Assembly (NCBI GenBank): GCA_951406725.2
Contig: OX597840.1
Coordinates: 24,304,001-24,368,000, forward strand
Source of the DNA: Octopus vulgaris
Taxonomy: Eukaryota
Length of the DNA: 64,000 bases
Direction: 5' to 3'
The translations under genes and the position numbers were made by a program. Below, piece after piece: positions 27,034 to 42,172 of the stretch. The notes beneath the pieces are model-generated. The model searched no databases and was not told the origin of the DNA. It saw only the letters and a list, made by a program, of their open reading frames with translations. The first letter of the stretch is position 1, and every line of letters starts with the position of its first letter.

Positions 27034-29208
27034 CTATAGCGTGTGAACGTATTTGTGTTTAGTTAGGGTTTGATTCTGAGAGAACGATTCTCCACAAATA
27101 TCACACTGATAAGGTTTCTCTCCTGTATGAATGTATTTGTGAGTAGTTAAGTGGTGATTATGAGAGAATGATTTACCACAGATATCACAGTGATAAGGTT
27201 TCTCTCCTGTATGAATGTATTTGTGTTTAGTTAAGTGGTGATTATGAGAGAATGATTTACCACAGATATCACAGTGATAAGGTTTCTCTCCTGTATGAAT
27301 GTATTTGTGAGTAGTTAAGTGGTGATTCTGAGAGAATGATTTACCACAGATATCACAATGATATGGTTTCTCTCCTGTATGAGTACGTTTGTGAGTAATT
27401 AAAGGATGATTCAGAGAGAATGATTTACCACAGATATCACAGTGATAAGGTTTCTCTCCTGTGTGAATATATTTGTGTCTAGTTAGGGTTTGATTCTGAG
27501 AGAATGATTCTCCACAGATATCACAGTGATAAGGTTTCACTCCTGTGTGAATATATTTGTGATTAGTCAGGTTTTGATTCAGAGAGAATGATTTACCACA
27601 GATATCACAATGATATGGTTTCTCTGCTGTATGAATACGTTTGTGAGTGGTTAGGTTGCTATTTCCAGAGAATGATTTACCACAGATATCACAATGATAT
27701 GGTTTCTCTCCTGTGTGAAGACGTTTGTGAGTGGTTAGGTCGCCATTTCTAGAGAATGATTTACCACAGATATCACAATGATATGGTTTTTTTCCCGTAT
27801 GAATACGCATGTGTGTAGTCAACACAACATTCTGAGAGAATGATTTACCACAGATATCACAGTGATAAGGTTTTTCTCCTGTGTGAATGTATTTGTGAGT
27901 AGTTAAGTTGTGATTATGAGAGAATGATATACCACAGATATCACAATAATATGGTTTCTCTCCTGTATGAATACGTTTGTGAGTGGTTAGGTCGCCATTT
28001 CTAGAGAATGATTTACCACAGATATCACAATGAAATGGTTTCTCTCCTGTATGAATACGTTTGTGAGTGGTTAGGTCGCCATTTCTAGAGAATGATTTAC
28101 CACAGATATCACAATGATACGGTTTCTCTCCTGTGTGAATGTATTTGTGAGTAGTTAAGTGGTGATTTTGAGAGAATGATTTACCACAGATATCACAATG
28201 ATATGGTTTCTCTCCTGTATGAATACGTTTGTGTTTAATTAAATGACTACTTTCAGAGAATGATTTACTACAGATATCACAATGATATGGTTTCTCTCCT
28301 GTATGAATACGTTTGTGAGTTGTTAGGTCGCCATTTCTAGAGAATGATTTACCACAGATATCACAGTGATAAGGTTTTTCTCCTGTGTGAATGTATTTGT
28401 GAGTAGTTAAGTTGTGATTATGAGAGAATGATTTACCACAGATATCACACTGATAAGGTTTCTCTCCTGTGTGAATGTATTTGTGTTTAGTTAAGTCTTG
28501 TTTTCGAATGAATGATTCTCCACAGATATCACACTGATAAGGTTTCTCTCCTGTATGAATGTATTTGTGAATAGTTAAGCTGTGAATATGAGAGAATGAT
28601 TGGCCACAGATATCACACTGATATGGTTTCTCACCTGTATGAATACGTTTGTGACTCGTTAGGTTTTTATTCTGAGAGAATGATTTACCACAGATATCAC
28701 AATGATATGGTTTCTCTGCTGTATGAATACGTTTATGAGTGGTTAGGTTGCTATTTCCAGAAAATGATTTACCACAGATATCACAATGATATGGTTTCTC
28801 TCCTGTATGAATACGCTTGTGAGTGGTTAGGTTGCTATTTCCAAAGAATGATTTACCACAGATATCGCAATGATGTGATTTAACCACAATGTGGATGCAT
28901 TTGTGAATAGCTAAGCTATGATTCTGAGAGAATGATTTACCACAGGTATTACAGCGATACAACTCGACACCTGCGTGAATGTGTTTATGTGTGGTCAAAC
29001 GAACCTTTTCAGAGAATGATTTACCACAGATGTCACAGCGATAGAGATCCTCTCCTGCATGGAAACATTTGTGAATCGTCTGTTCATCTTTGAGAAAGGA
29101 CTTGTTGCAGACATCACAGTGAAATGATGTTTTCTCTTCTTCAGTAAAATCAATCCTTAACGACTGTGTATTACAATTAACCTCATTATCACGTAATTCA
29201 TTTTCCAT
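27034..29208 (-). CDS. Tandem C2H2 zinc-finger protein U3, 724 aa, about 25 fingers
   Basis: Same N-terminus as U1 ([21 protein letters not shown]) followed by 28-aa finger repeats. Confidence 0.95.
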   Translation of the reverse strand: MENELRDNEVNCNTQSLRIDFTEEEKTSFHCDVCNKSFLKDEQTIHKCFHAGEDLYRCDICGKSFSEKVRLTTHKHIHAGVELYRCNTCGKSFSQNHSLAIHKCIHIVVKSHHCDICGKSFFGNSNLTTHKRIHTGEKPYHCDICGKSFSGNSNLTTHKRIHTAEKPYHCDICGKSFSQNKNLTSHKRIHTGEKPYQCDICGQSFSHIHSLTIHKYIHTGEKPYQCDICGESFIRKQDLTKHKYIHTGEKPYQCDICGKSFSHNHNLTTHKYIHTGEKPYHCDICGKSFSRNGDLTTHKRIHTGEKPYHCDICSKSFSESSHLIKHKRIHTGEKPYHCDICGKSFSQNHHLTTHKYIHTGEKPYHCDICGKSFSRNGDLTTHKRIHTGEKPFHCDICGKSFSRNGDLTTHKRIHTGEKPYYCDICGISFSHNHNLTTHKYIHTGEKPYHCDICGKSFSQNVVLTTHMRIHTGKKPYHCDICGKSFSRNGDLTTHKRLHTGEKPYHCDICGKSFSGNSNLTTHKRIHTAEKPYHCDICGKSFSLNQNLTNHKYIHTGVKPYHCDICGESFSQNQTLTRHKYIHTGEKPYHCDICGKSFSLNHPLITHKRTHTGEKPYHCDICGKSFSQNHHLTTHKYIHTGEKPYHCDICGKSFSHNHHLTKHKYIHTGEKPYHCDICGKSFSHNHHLTTHKYIHTGEKPYQCDICGESFSQNQTLTKHKYVHTL

Positions 29209-30774
29209 TATTTTTCTCCTCTTACCACAAAGTCCAAATGTTTTTCTTTTTTTCTTCTTTTTTTTATATTCTATTCCCCAGTTATTTCTGTTGCTTGAAA
29301 TGCTTAGCGGTATTTCGTCTGTCTTTTTGTTCTGAGTTCAAATTCCACCGAGGTCGACTTTGCCTTTCATCCTTTCAGGGTCAATAAATAAAGTACCAGT
29401 TTCACACTGGGGTAGATATAATCGACTTAATCGCTTTGTCTGTCCTTATTTGTACCCTCTATGTTTAGCCCCCTAGTGGGCAATAAAGAAATATATATTT
29501 CCATCAACTTTAATCATTGTCAATATCTGAGGGGGCTGCCAATTCCTTTGCAATCCAGGTTTAATTGGAATACATGATTGGTTTTCTTGCACCTATTCCA
29601 GGCAGTAAAGTACAGAAATGCTGCTAATAATCACACACCCAAAGAAAATCTTTTACAATTCTATAATCGATTTATATAAACAGGGCAATATTTCTTCTGT
29701 GTAGCATCTTAGTTTCATCTCAAAGAATATATCATATATATTCGTGATGTGTTCGATGTAAAATCTTCTTTTATGCTAAATATCCTCTCTGATACTCTGA
29801 AATAAAAAAGAAATAATATGAGATATAGAATATACTTGAAAAGTAAAGATTAAATAATGAAAATTTTATTACGTTTTTATACTGATAAACTGGAGATATA
29901 AACCTTTAGCTGGCCAAATAAACGTTAACACGTCAGTCTGACACACAAACAAGGAGATTATAAGGTAGTTATGGGATGTGCTAAAAATAATAGTTAAATA
30001 GCTCTTAAATCACGCAGCAATTTCAAAAATTTTGTTTTGGTGTTTGCACAATCCTATGAATTACAGATTCGCAAGAGTTTTCTAAAAATTCCCCAAAAGT
30101 TTTGAACCAACAAAGAATTTATAATTTACATCTGCTGTTTGTTTGTTGAGCGAAGCGGTCTTCGTCTCAGAGCTCGCAAGATGGAATAAGTCGGAAACGC
30201 GGTCCTTTGCTATTCGTAAGACCCGCAGAAGAGAAAGCAGGGCAGCCCCCCCGCCCCTGAGGCTCGGCGGTTGCGTAGGAAGTCGGGGGACAAGAAACAG
30301 GAAGAAAGAGTGAGAGAAAGTTGGGGCGAAAGAGTACAACAGGGGTCGCCACAACCCTGTGCTAGAGCATCGTGGAGCTTTAGGTGTTTTCGCTCAATAA
30401 ACACTCACAACGCCCGGTCTGGGAATCGAAACCGCGATCCTCCGAATGCGAGTCCGCTGCCCTAACCACTGGGCCATTGCGCCTCCACTTACATCTGTTT
30501 TATATGAAATACCAGAAGTTATTGTGTTAAAAAGAGCAAGGACTAATGTTTACATTGAAACGGTTGATGATGATGATGATGATATATATATATATATTTA
30601 TTGCCCACAAGGGGATATACAAAAAGGGGACAAACAAGGACAGACATAGGGATTAAGTCGATTACATCGAACCCAGTGCATAACTGGTACTTAATTTATC
30701 GACCCTGAAAGATGAAAGGCAAAGTCAACCTCAGTGGAATTTGAACTAATAACGTAAAGACACATGCATTTCGC

Positions 30775-31313
30775 GGTTAATATCTAGATCCGCACCCGGT
30801 GGGAAAAATGAGATCCGCACCCGGTGGGAAAAATGGAAACGAAAATGTGTAACAGTTGTAAGGCATCGTATATTAAAGGAATATGACGAAAAAAAAGCGC
30901 GCTGACAAACGGGGGGGAGGGGGCTCGGAAAATTGCCTACGATTTAAAGAAAAATTTACCATCAATTTTCACCATTGTGTTTCTGATTCGCGACCCCATG
31001 TCGAATTTATCGATTTTTTTCAGAACTGGGGGAACTTTTCAAAATTTTCGCTGCGTTAGTTTTGAATTATGACATTGGGCTATGTGTGTGAAATGCGTTT
31101 AAACACCTGTTACACATATTTTTTTCCATTTTTGCCTCTACGGTTGATCCTGGGAATTTCCCGAGCCCCCCCCCCCCCGTTTGTCAGCGCGCTTTTTTCC
31201 CGTCTTATTCCGTCAATATACGATGCCTTACAACTGTTACACATTTTCGTTTCCATTTTTCCCACCGGGTGCGGATCTCATTTTTCCCACGGGTGCGGAT
31301 CTAGATATTAACC
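30775..31313. mobile_element. Long-TIR MITE (about 160-bp TIRs), U3 only, unclassified
   Basis: GGTTAATATCTAGATCCGCACCCGGTGGGAAAAATG... and its reverse complement ending GATATTAACC; no TSD; paralogous flanking sequence is missing. Confidence 0.8.
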
Positions 31314-31349
<36 letters not shown>

Positions 31350-33334
31350 TGGTAAAACGGTAAGATAACAAAAGAAATAAAGAAAGAGACCTCAATATTA
31401 TGTAAATAGAGGAAATTTATCTATAAAATAATATGTTACAGTTGCTCAATAGTCAAGATAAAACTCTGAGTTTCAGATGCCGAAGTGGAAATCCACAACA
31501 CCATCTCTTCGGTTATCTGGCCATCTGAAAAAACGCTATGAAAAAATACCGTTATATAAAGGGAAATTACTGTATTATAATTCTGCGCGCGAAAACCCAC
31601 GTGCGTACTTATACGTCACTATGGAAACGTACACATCTTCACTCGCATTTTTCGCCAAATATATACGCATATATATACAACCTCATACACACACACATAC
31701 GTACCGTAAAAGTTCATACATACGTCTATATACGCACAAACACAAGAAAAACCATGGTTAAAGGTAACAGAAAAAAAAACATAAGGAAGTATACAAAGCA
31801 TAAAAACCACGTTCATATACGGACATGCCCCTATGCACTCATACACACACACATGCCGATATATGTACATACCCGCACATATTTATATACGCATACATAC
31901 ACACGCATATACAAAAAATGAATATATATATGTCCCCCCCCCCCCACAAAAATTGGAAAATACTAAGTAAAAACGTCTATATAAATATATGTGCATTCTT
32001 ATGTCCGCACACATATATACATATATATATATATAAACATAGACATATATATGTATATACATATATATGCACATACACACACAAAAAAGTTGGCAATTAC
32101 AAAGGAATTTCACAAGAATCATATATATAGTGGAAGCCGCTTATTGCGATCATTTCCGTACAGCATTGGCCAACACCTAACATATGACGTTAAACATATA
32201 TAAAGTCTGAACCAATTAATTTCGATAACAATAACCGGCTGATAACGTTATCCGCTATTCCGATTGACCGCCACTCCATTCCTGCCCAGCCTACATCAAT
32301 ACACAACAAACTACGGCATTTCTATAAATCGCAGTATTTGCTATACAACGTCTTCAATCAGATCGTATTCCTCTCCAATATATATACATATATATATAAT
32401 AACTTACCCCTGATGCTTAATAAATAAATAAATATTTATTTACTTTCGATTTCGTCTCCAAAGAATTGAGGAAACGTGACAAGCCGGAAGTAAGGTGCGT
32501 CATGTGACTTAGACTCTTTAATATATGAAACCACAAAGAGTGCTGCTGACACAAAAGCGAAACTAAGGAAGGGGGAACGTAATATTGTTGTTGACTATCA
32601 CCATGGTTACTGTCTAAGCGGAAGGCGCATGGCTCGGTGGTTAGCGCATCGGGCTATCAATCGCGAGTTAGTGAGTTCGATTCCCTGGATCTTTTCGTTT
32701 TCACTGGCAGATTTTAAAATAATTTCTTTGCAACTAAACACTTTTAAACTTAAGTACCAGTTATGCACTGGGGTCGATGTAATCAACTTAATCCCTTTGT
32801 CTGTCCTTGTTTGTTCCCTCCTATCTTTTCCGTTTGAACAGCAGTTTTTAACATAATTTCTAGGTAACTAAACACTTTGAAACTTCGTGTAATGGTAGAA
32901 TTTGTTACATAAATCATCTTTTTTCTCTTGGCTTTCTTGAGAAAATTCTGTAGTTTGTAAGCTACAATTATTGCTGTTGATAAACTACGGCAGATATTGT
33001 TATCACCTCAATAGACGTCATTGATTGGTTGAAATTGCCGAAATGCAAGAAATTAAACAACAAATAGCTTACAAGCTACAGACTTTTCTCAAGAAACCCA
33101 AGAGAAAAAGATGTTTTATAAACACATTCTACCAGTAAACGAAGTTTAAAGAATAAGTCCTAGGGTCGATTTGATCGACTAAAGGCGGTGCTCCAGCATG
33201 GCCACAGTCACATGACTGAAACAAGTAAAAGTGTAAAGAGAGATAGATAGATAAACAGGTAGATAGATAGGTCGGTAGGTAGGCAGATAGATAAATAGAC
33301 AGACAGATAAGAGATAGATAGATGATAGATAGAT

Positions 33335-33384
<50 letters not shown>

Positions 33385-36300
33385 TGGATAGAGAGATAGA
33401 AGCAGTTCTTCCTTCGAAAAGGACGATTCTTTTCTTCGGCTTTAAAGCTTCAGCAAAATTACTTTGAGTGTTCATGTTGGTAGTGGTGGCCATGTTTATA
33501 GCAGTAAGGGTTGTCTTTACTTCTCTGTATCTTCTATGGCCAGACTGGCAGTGTTTGTAGTGAGTGCGCGATTTGAATATAGAGGCACCTACCTCATCTT
33601 CGTAGTGACGGAGACCCTCCAGAGATGACTAGTCCTTCCTCACAGCCCCGACCCGAGCACTAACGGCAGCTGCTAGCCCAAACCCTTAGCGACGTCCTCA
33701 CACGTCTTCTCACCTCCACGACCCACGTTGGAAAGGGCAATTTCCGCTCCCTGCGCACGCCTGACAGCTGACCCCTTCCGCTTGCCCAAACTTCCGGACA
33801 ACGCACCCAGCTGATGACGTCATCCCACAGTTTTCTGTGTGCGTTCAAGCGGAACAACTTCCTTTTCAGACAGATAGATAGACAAACAGGTAGATAGGGT
33901 ACTACTTGGGAACAGTGGTCCCGGTGCGCGCACTCACGCTAGCTAGTCGTGACTGGTCGATACTACGACTAGCTAGCAAAGTAAATACTACACAAAATAA
34001 TTTTTGTTAAAATAAATAAAACACAAAAACACAAAGTAAGGATCGACTAGTCATGACTAGCTTGCGCGAGTGCGCGCACCGGGACCACTCTTCTCAAGTA
34101 GTACCGATAGATAGACAGACAGAGATAGACAGGCACAGATATGCTATAGAAATAAAATTTGACGTACGCACCTTGAAGTTTTCCAGTGTTAAAACTTTCT
34201 TTGGAAGTTGCACGTCATCTTCAGCAGGTGCTTCGTGTGTGTGTGTGTGTGTGTAGGCAGAGGACGGCCGAATGGTCAAGAAGATCCCTTAACAACCACG
34301 AGGTCCCTCGTTCTGTCCTACTGCGAGACACTTTGGGCAAATAACACTTTCTGCAGTGTCCAGTTGACCTGAATGAAATCGGACAGAGGGGAAAGTGCTG
34401 AACCCAGGAATTCCAAAGAGGTCAGCTTCGGGTCGCAGAGGTTCTTGTATGATTCCAGCGGAATCCTCGAAGACTCACGGGAATTCCGGAGCAGGGGATT
34501 CAGTTGGTCTTACACCTGAATCCTCAATGGCGAACGACGGGGATCCACGATGTATAAAAATGTCTGTTTAGTTATAGATGGAAATGGTGAGGATATTAAG
34601 AAATGGTTAATAGCAAAATGTGGGAAATAAAAAAATTGGAATGGGCAGCCGAAAGGAAAACGAAACAGTGAAAGAAATTATATAACTTTGTTTAAGTAAT
34701 TTTTTATTTAGTCCTTCCTTTTTTCTGAGTTGTGCGTTAGATATGAAATTAGATATGAAATCATTCGTATCTAATTCCGGTCTCCCAATAATTATCAGTT
34801 ATAAAGTGGAATTGATCAAGGAATAAAGATTTGTATGAAACTATAGCAGGAAATAAACGGAACTTGCAAGACTGAACGGTTAATGGACGAGGGGAAGTAA
34901 CTCTTCTTTCAACAAAAGTCTTGAATATTTTTATATAGCTTCGTGTTTAAATGACAATTAATTAATTCAACAAATTATTAGAAAGGATCACAAAAGTACA
35001 GCCCCTAAAATAACTGCAGGGGTTAATCACCGCCTCAAGAACCCAGTTTCCACAAAAAATTTTTGCTGGAAGCTGCACAAAGCCAGATTTCAAGGGAGGG
35101 CTGCAATCAGAAAACCACTACTTTCAAAAACAAACGTTGCAAAGCGTTTAGAGTGGAGTTAAAACCTACGGAATTGGTCCCTAGAGCAGTGGAAGAATGT
35201 TATTTTCTAGGACGAGTCATCCTTTACCTTATTTCCGACAACCGGCCGAGTATACGTGTGAAGAGAGCCAAAAAAGCATTTGACCCAGACTGCCTTCTTC
35301 CAACTGTTAACCATGGAGGAGGATCTGTGATGATCTGGGGAGCTATATCTTGGATATCTGCCAGCCCAATAGTTCCCCTTCATGTCAGAATTAATAGTCA
35401 AGACTATTTAAGCATTTTATCTGATCAAATTCATCCTATGGTAGGGGAACTGTTTCTGGAGAGAAACGCAAGCTTTCAGGATGATAATGCACCAATTCAC
35501 ACGGCTAAAGTTGTCATTGAATGGCACGAGGAACATTCTTCAACCGTTTCAAAGTAAACATTAGTCCTTGCTCTTTTTAACACAATAACTTCTGGTATTT
35601 CATATACAGCAGATCTTTCCTTCTATGTTTCCGACGAAGAGCTCCGCTCGAAACGTTAAACCCTTCTTCTTTCTTTCTTTCCTGAGCGTCCAATAATACT
35701 ATATTTGTTCCACGTCCTCGCGTTGTTGTGTTTTTTTTTGTGCTTTCTTGTTTAGATTAACTATATAAATACATATATATATAACCGATCGCAGCCGCTG
35801 CCAGACTCACCTGGCACCTGTGGCGGTGGAATGTAAAAAAAAAACCCTACACTCGCGGAGTGGTTGGCATTAGGAAGGGCATCAGGCTGTAGAAACACTG
35901 CCAGATCACACTGGGCCTGGTGCAGCCTGCTGGCTTCCCAGACCCCGGTCGAACCGTCCAACCCGTGCTAGCATGGAAAGCAATGATCATGATGATATAT
36001 ATACAAATTAAAATCCAGGAAACACAGAAGTAGCATTAATATAGTTTATTAACTGCAAAAATTCAACATGTACACTTACAGCTGTTTCGATTTTGCTCAA
36101 AAGCAATTCCAATAATTAAAACATTTAATTGGGCAAAATCTCATCAGAGGAATGAAAAAGACATATCGTTAGGTTATCACATGTTATTCTTCCAAAACAT
36201 CTCAACAGACTAAAACTTTTTTTAATTACTAATATTTGTATAAATCTTGGCCAGTGGGTAACAGGTTGTATAAGGGTAATAATCTTCATATATATAAAAC

Positions 36301-37696
36301 TGAGAATGTGTGCCTGTCTGTCTGTGTGTTTCCCTAAAACTTGAGAACTACACAACCAATTTCATTAGAATTTTACACATGCCTTACTTAGGGTCCATGT
36401 AGTTTCATGGGCAAAAAAAAAATGTTCAACTTCTTGCCTAGAGCGAGCCCATAGCAATATCTTCTTCATTGTTTCAGTATTACATGTTAAAAGTGAAACA
36501 GAAATATTTCTTCATTTTATGTCAGATGCTTTCACTTTAACAATAAAAATAATAACAATTGAATTATATGTAGTAAGTAATAATTAAAATCAAACTAAAG
36601 TATAATATAATCGTAGCATACAAAAGTAAAAATAGCATCAATGATTTGAACTTGAATAAGTGGTTTCACATGAATGGGAATAAACTAAAAATATAATTAG
36701 CGTGCAGAAATGGAATAGTCCAGATGGATAATACAAAATTAAATTAAAAACAAGACTTTTGTCCATAAAGTATACAACGTAGAGAAAAAAGAAGAGCTAA
36801 CAATTCCAGTCTGTTATATATTTTGAGTATTGTTATCACTAGCGATATCAAGATATAACTTTGTATTTTGCATTTTATGTGTAGATGTATATAGATAGAT
36901 GTACATGTAATATGTACACATATATAAATGAACTAGCACAATGACCCGGCAACGACGGGTCTTTAATGCTAGTTGGTAAATAAATGGTAGATAGTGAGTT
37001 ATATTTCTCACTATAATTATTTTATAATGTATCGATTTAATTATTTTGTAATTTATCTATATCAGTTCAATCAATTTCTTTAACAAAGTTATAAATGTGA
37101 TCACGTTGTTCTCTCATTCATATGATACTATTTTTACTATAACTCACTAATCTAACATTTATTTAATGCGGTTTCGATTCTCAGACCGGGCGTTGTGTGT
37201 GTTTATTGAGCGAAAACACCTAAAGCTCCACGAGGCTCCGGCAGGGTGTGGTGGCGATCTCTGCTGTACTCTTTCTTCCTGCTTCTTGAGTAATGCTGCG
37301 ATGGACTGGCGTCCTGTCCAGCTGGTGGTGTAACACATATGCCACAGAAACCGGGCCCATGAGCCTGGCTAGGTTTGTAAAGGGCGCATAAATAAATAAA
37401 AATAATAAATATACTGGCATTTAATAAAACTGTGTAAGAGAATAATTTACCACAACTCAATTGCAAGAAGCACTTCCATCAAGTTAAGCTATTTATTCGA
37501 GAGAATGATTTAATAGAGGTGCAGGAGTGGCTGTGTGGTAAGTAGCTTGCTTACCAACCACATGGTTCCGGGTTCAGTCACACTGCGTGGCATCTTGGGC
37601 AAGTGTCTTCTGCTATAGCCCCGGGCCGACCAAAGCCTTGTGAGTGGATTTGGTAGACGGAAAATGAAAGAAGCCTGTCGTATATACGTATACATA

Positions 37697-37863
37697 TCAT
37701 CATCATCATCATCATCGTTTAACGTCCGCTTTCCATGCTAGCATGGGTTGGACGGTTCAACTGGGGTCTGGGAAGCCAGAAGGCTGCACCAGGCTCAAGT
37801 CTGATCTGGCAGTGTTTCTACAGCTGGATGCCCTTCCCAACGCCAACCACTCCATGAGTGTAG
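37697..37863 (-). mobile_element. RTE 3' terminal fragment with (GAT)n tail
   Basis: Reverse complement of the element end seen at 1935-2095 and 4893-5058. Confidence 0.85.
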
Positions 37864-38049
37864 TTATTATTATTGTTATTGTTATTATTATTATTCATTT
37901 TGTTCAACATGTACAAGTACGTATGTGTTCAATATTGTTTTATTCAATTTTAGAAAAACTGAAACATGTCATAGACAATTCTAGAACATATTGAATTTTG
38001 TGCATGACTTTTGGCTCATCCTGTATGTATGTATATGTATGTATGTATA

Positions 38050-38130
<81 letters not shown>

Positions 38131-38896
38131 GTATATGTATGTATTTTGGCCTGCTGACTTAGTCAGTAGGGTGGCCTCGTTAGAAAGCTAAAACGATGCA
38201 AAGTGCATTGTGGCTAGCGATGTATAACAGCATTCAACAGTCTGCTCAATCACATGATCATGTGATATATATATATGTGTATGGGACACTGCCTTTGTGT
38301 GTGTGTGTGTGGTGGGAGGAAGAAGAAGCATCCGTTTAGGTGTATATATGCAGGGTTTTTTGGGGAACAAGAATGAAAACGTGTTTGCATGATTAAGTAC
38401 GCACGTGCATGCATGCGTGTGTGCATGTATTTGTGAGTGTGGGTGTGTTAGTCCATATTGATTGTCATGGGGTGGTTTATGTGAGTGTGTAGGTGTTAAT
38501 GTGTATGTGTAAGGGCATGTGCTTGTTTGTGTATACATGCCTCTACATGAAACTGTGTGCAGAGACTGTGTGTATGAGAGACAGAGAGAGAGAGAGAAGA
38601 AGAGGAAGAAGCAATATGTCTTAGTTCTTGGTGTCATCTCCATTCTTTTGTTGATTATATTGGCGGTGCCACTCCATGTTGGTCTTTGACACTCCTTCAC
38701 CCCGTTTTGCAGCCTGTCTCCCGCTGTACATCACAATGATGCAAAGGACAATGGTGACAGCAACCATGCAGAGGCTGACATAGACACGGCTCAAGTCTTT
38801 GCCTTTGTTGATCACTGATATCGAAATGTATTCGGGGACATCTTCAACAGATTTATATTTCTTATGCCAAACCAAAACGCGTTTATCAAAATTAGT
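37864..38896 (-). pseudogene. FAM162: 5'-truncated processed retrocopy of a FAM162 / UPF0389 (DUF1075)-family gene; coding part 38621-38896
   Basis: TNFDKRVLVWHKKYKSVEDVPEYIS...RVYVSLCMVAVTIVLCIIVMYSGRQAAKRGEGVSKTNMEWHRQYN matches the family pattern from memory. Intronless, then about 700 nt of 3'UTR-like sequence, AATAAA near 37940 and an (AAT)n tail; absent from U3. Confidence 0.8.
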
Positions 38897-39646
38897 TTAT
38901 ATATGTATATATGTGCATGTGTTTGTGTGTCTGTGTTTGTTCCCCTAGCATTGCTTGTCAATCGATGCTGGTGTGTTACGTCACCGTTACTTAGTGGTTC
39001 AGCAAAAGAGACTGATAGAATAAGTACTGGACTTACAAAGAATAAGTCCTGGGGTCGATTTGCTCAACTAAAGGCGGTGCTCCAGCATGGCCGCAGTCAA
39101 ATGACTGAAACAAGTATAAGAGAGAGAGAGAGAGTAATAGAATTATCACAGTGTTATGGTTTCTTTCCTGCGTGGATATGTTTGTGAGTAGTTAAGTTAC
39201 CTTTTTGAGAGAAAGATTTTTCACATACATCACAGTGATAAGGCTTCTCTCCTGTGTGAATGTGTTTGTGAGAAATTAAGGTATGGTTCTGAGAGAAGGA
39301 TTTACCACAGATATCACACACGTATGGCTTCTCTCCTGTGTGAACACGTTTGTGTTTGATCAAGACATCGCTCTGTGAAAAAGACTTTCCACAGATATCG
39401 AAGTGATATGGCCTCCCTCCTGTATGAATAAGTTTGTGTTTAGCTAAGTGATGATTTAAAGAGAATGATTTACCACAGATATCACAGTGATATGGCTTCT
39501 CTTTACTATGAATGCGTTTATGAAGATTTAAGTCACCAGCGAATGACTTTCCACAGGTATCACAGTAGCATGCTTTCTCTCCAGTATGGAAGGGTTTGTG
39601 TTTAGTTAAATGTTGATTTTGTGAGAATGATTTACCAGAAATATCA

Positions 39647-39910
<264 letters not shown>

Positions 39911-42172
39911 CTATAGCGTGTGAACGTATTTGTGTTTAGTTAGGGTTTGATTCTGAGAGAACGATTCTCCACAAATATCACACTGATAAGGTTTCTCTCC
40001 AGTGTGAATGTATTTGTGAGTAGTTAAGTGGTGATTATGAGAGAATGATTTACCACAGATATCACAGTGATAAGGTTTCTCTCCTGTATGAATGTATTTG
40101 TGTTTAGTTAAGTGGTGATTATGAGAGAATGATTTACCACAGATATCACAGTGATAAGGTTTCTCTCCTGTATGAATGTATTTGTGTTTAGTTAAGTGGT
40201 GATTCTGAGAGAATGATTTACCACAGATATCACAATGATATGGTTTCTCTCCTGTATGAATACGTTTGTGAGTAATTAAAGGATGATTCAGAGAGAATGA
40301 TTTACCACAGATATCACAGTGATAAGGTTTCTCTCCTGTGTGAATATATTTGTGTCTAGTTAGGGTTTGATTCTGAGAGAATGATTCTCCACAGATATCA
40401 CAGTGATAAGGTTTCACTCCTGTGTGAATATATTTGTGATTAGTTAGGTTTTGATTCAGAGAGAATGATTTACCACAGATATCACAATGATATGGTTTCT
40501 CTGCTGTATGAATACGTTTGTGAGTGGTTAGGTTGCTATTTCCAGAGAATGATTTACCACAGATATCACAATGATATGGTTTCTCTCCTGTGTGAAGACG
40601 TTTGTGAGTGGTTAGGTCGCCATTTCTAGAGAATGATTTACCACAGATATCACAATGATATGGTTTTTTTCCCGTATGAATACGCATGTGTGTAGTCAAC
40701 ACAACATTCTGAGAGAATGATTTACCACAGATATCACAGTGATAAGGTTTTTCTCCTGTGTGAATGTATTTGTGAGTAGTTAAGGTGTGATTATGGGAGA
40801 ATGATTTACCACAGATATCACAATAATATGGTTTCTCTCCTGTATGAATACGTTTGTGAGTGGTTAGGTCGCCATTTCTAGAGAATGATTTACCACAGAT
40901 ATCACAATGAAATGGTTTCTCTCCTGTATGAATACGTTTGTGAGTGGTTAGGTCGCCATTTCTAGAGAATGATTTACCACAGATATCACAATGATACGGT
41001 TTCTCTCCTGTGTGAATGTATTTGTGAGTAGTTAAGTGGTGATTTTGAGAGAATGATTTACCACAGATATCACAATGATATGGTTTCTCTCCTGTATGAA
41101 TACGTTTGTGTTTAATTAAATGACTACTTTCAGAGAATGATTTACTACAGATATCACAATGATATGGTTTCTCTCCTGTATGAATACGTTTGTGAGTTGT
41201 TAGGTCGCCATTTCTAGAGAATGATTTACCACAGATATCACAGTGATAAGGTTTTTCTCCTGTGTGAATGTATTTGTGAGTAGTTAAGTTGTGATTATGA
41301 GAGAATGATTTACCACAGATATCACACTGATATGGTTTCTCTCCTGTGTGAATGTATTTGTGTTTAGTTAAGTCTTGTTTTCGAATGAATGATTCTCCAC
41401 AGATATCACACTGATAAGGTTTCTCTCCTGTATGAATGTATTTGTGAATAGTTAAGCTGTGAATATGAGAGAATGATTGGCCACAGATATCACACTGATA
41501 TGGTTTCTCACCTGTATGAATACGTTTGTGACTCGTTAGGTTTTTATTCTGAGAGAATGATTTACCACAGATATCACAATGATATGGTTTCTCTGCTGTA
41601 TGAATACGTTTATGAGTGGTTAGGTTGCTATTTCCAGAAAATGATTTACCACAGATATCACAATGATATGGTTTCTCTCCTGTATGAATACGCTTGTGAG
41701 TGGTTAGGTCGCTATTTCCAGAGAATGATTTACCACAGATATCACACTGATATGGTTTCTCTCCTGTATGAATACGTTTGTGAGTGGTTAGGTTGCTATT
41801 TCCAAAGAATGATTTACCACAGATATCGCAATGATGTGACTTAACCACAATGTGGATGCATTTGTGAATAGCTAAGCTATGATTCTGAGAGAATGATTTA
41901 CCACAGGTATTACAGCGATACGGCTCGACACCTGCGTGAATGTGTTTATGTGTGGTCAAACGAACCTTTTCAGAGAATGATTTACCACAGATGTCACAGT
42001 GATAGAGATCCTCTCCTGCATGGAAACATTTGTGAATCTTCTGTTCATCTTTGAGAAAGGACTTGTTGCAGACATCACAGTGAAATGATGTTTTCTCTTC
42101 TTCTTCAGTAAAATCAATCCTTAACGACTGTGTATTACAATTAACCTCATTATCACGTAATTCATTTTCCAT
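39911..42172 (-). CDS. Tandem C2H2 zinc-finger protein U4, 753 aa, about 26 fingers
   Basis: Nearly identical to U3 with one extra finger (GNSDLTT) and one extra Glu. Confidence 0.95.
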   Translation of the reverse strand: MENELRDNEVNCNTQSLRIDFTEEEEKTSFHCDVCNKSFLKDEQKIHKCFHAGEDLYHCDICGKSFSEKVRLTTHKHIHAGVEPYRCNTCGKSFSQNHSLAIHKCIHIVVKSHHCDICGKSFFGNSNLTTHKRIHTGEKPYQCDICGKSFSGNSDLTTHKRIHTGEKPYHCDICGKSFSGNSNLTTHKRIHTAEKPYHCDICGKSFSQNKNLTSHKRIHTGEKPYQCDICGQSFSHIHSLTIHKYIHTGEKPYQCDICGESFIRKQDLTKHKYIHTGEKPYQCDICGKSFSHNHNLTTHKYIHTGEKPYHCDICGKSFSRNGDLTTHKRIHTGEKPYHCDICSKSFSESSHLIKHKRIHTGEKPYHCDICGKSFSQNHHLTTHKYIHTGEKPYHCDICGKSFSRNGDLTTHKRIHTGEKPFHCDICGKSFSRNGDLTTHKRIHTGEKPYYCDICGKSFSHNHTLTTHKYIHTGEKPYHCDICGKSFSQNVVLTTHMRIHTGKKPYHCDICGKSFSRNGDLTTHKRLHTGEKPYHCDICGKSFSGNSNLTTHKRIHTAEKPYHCDICGKSFSLNQNLTNHKYIHTGVKPYHCDICGESFSQNQTLTRHKYIHTGEKPYHCDICGKSFSLNHPLITHKRIHTGEKPYHCDICGKSFSQNHHLTKHKYIHTGEKPYHCDICGKSFSHNHHLTKHKYIHTGEKPYHCDICGKSFSHNHHLTTHKYIHTGEKPYQCDICGESFSQNQTLTKHKYVHTL

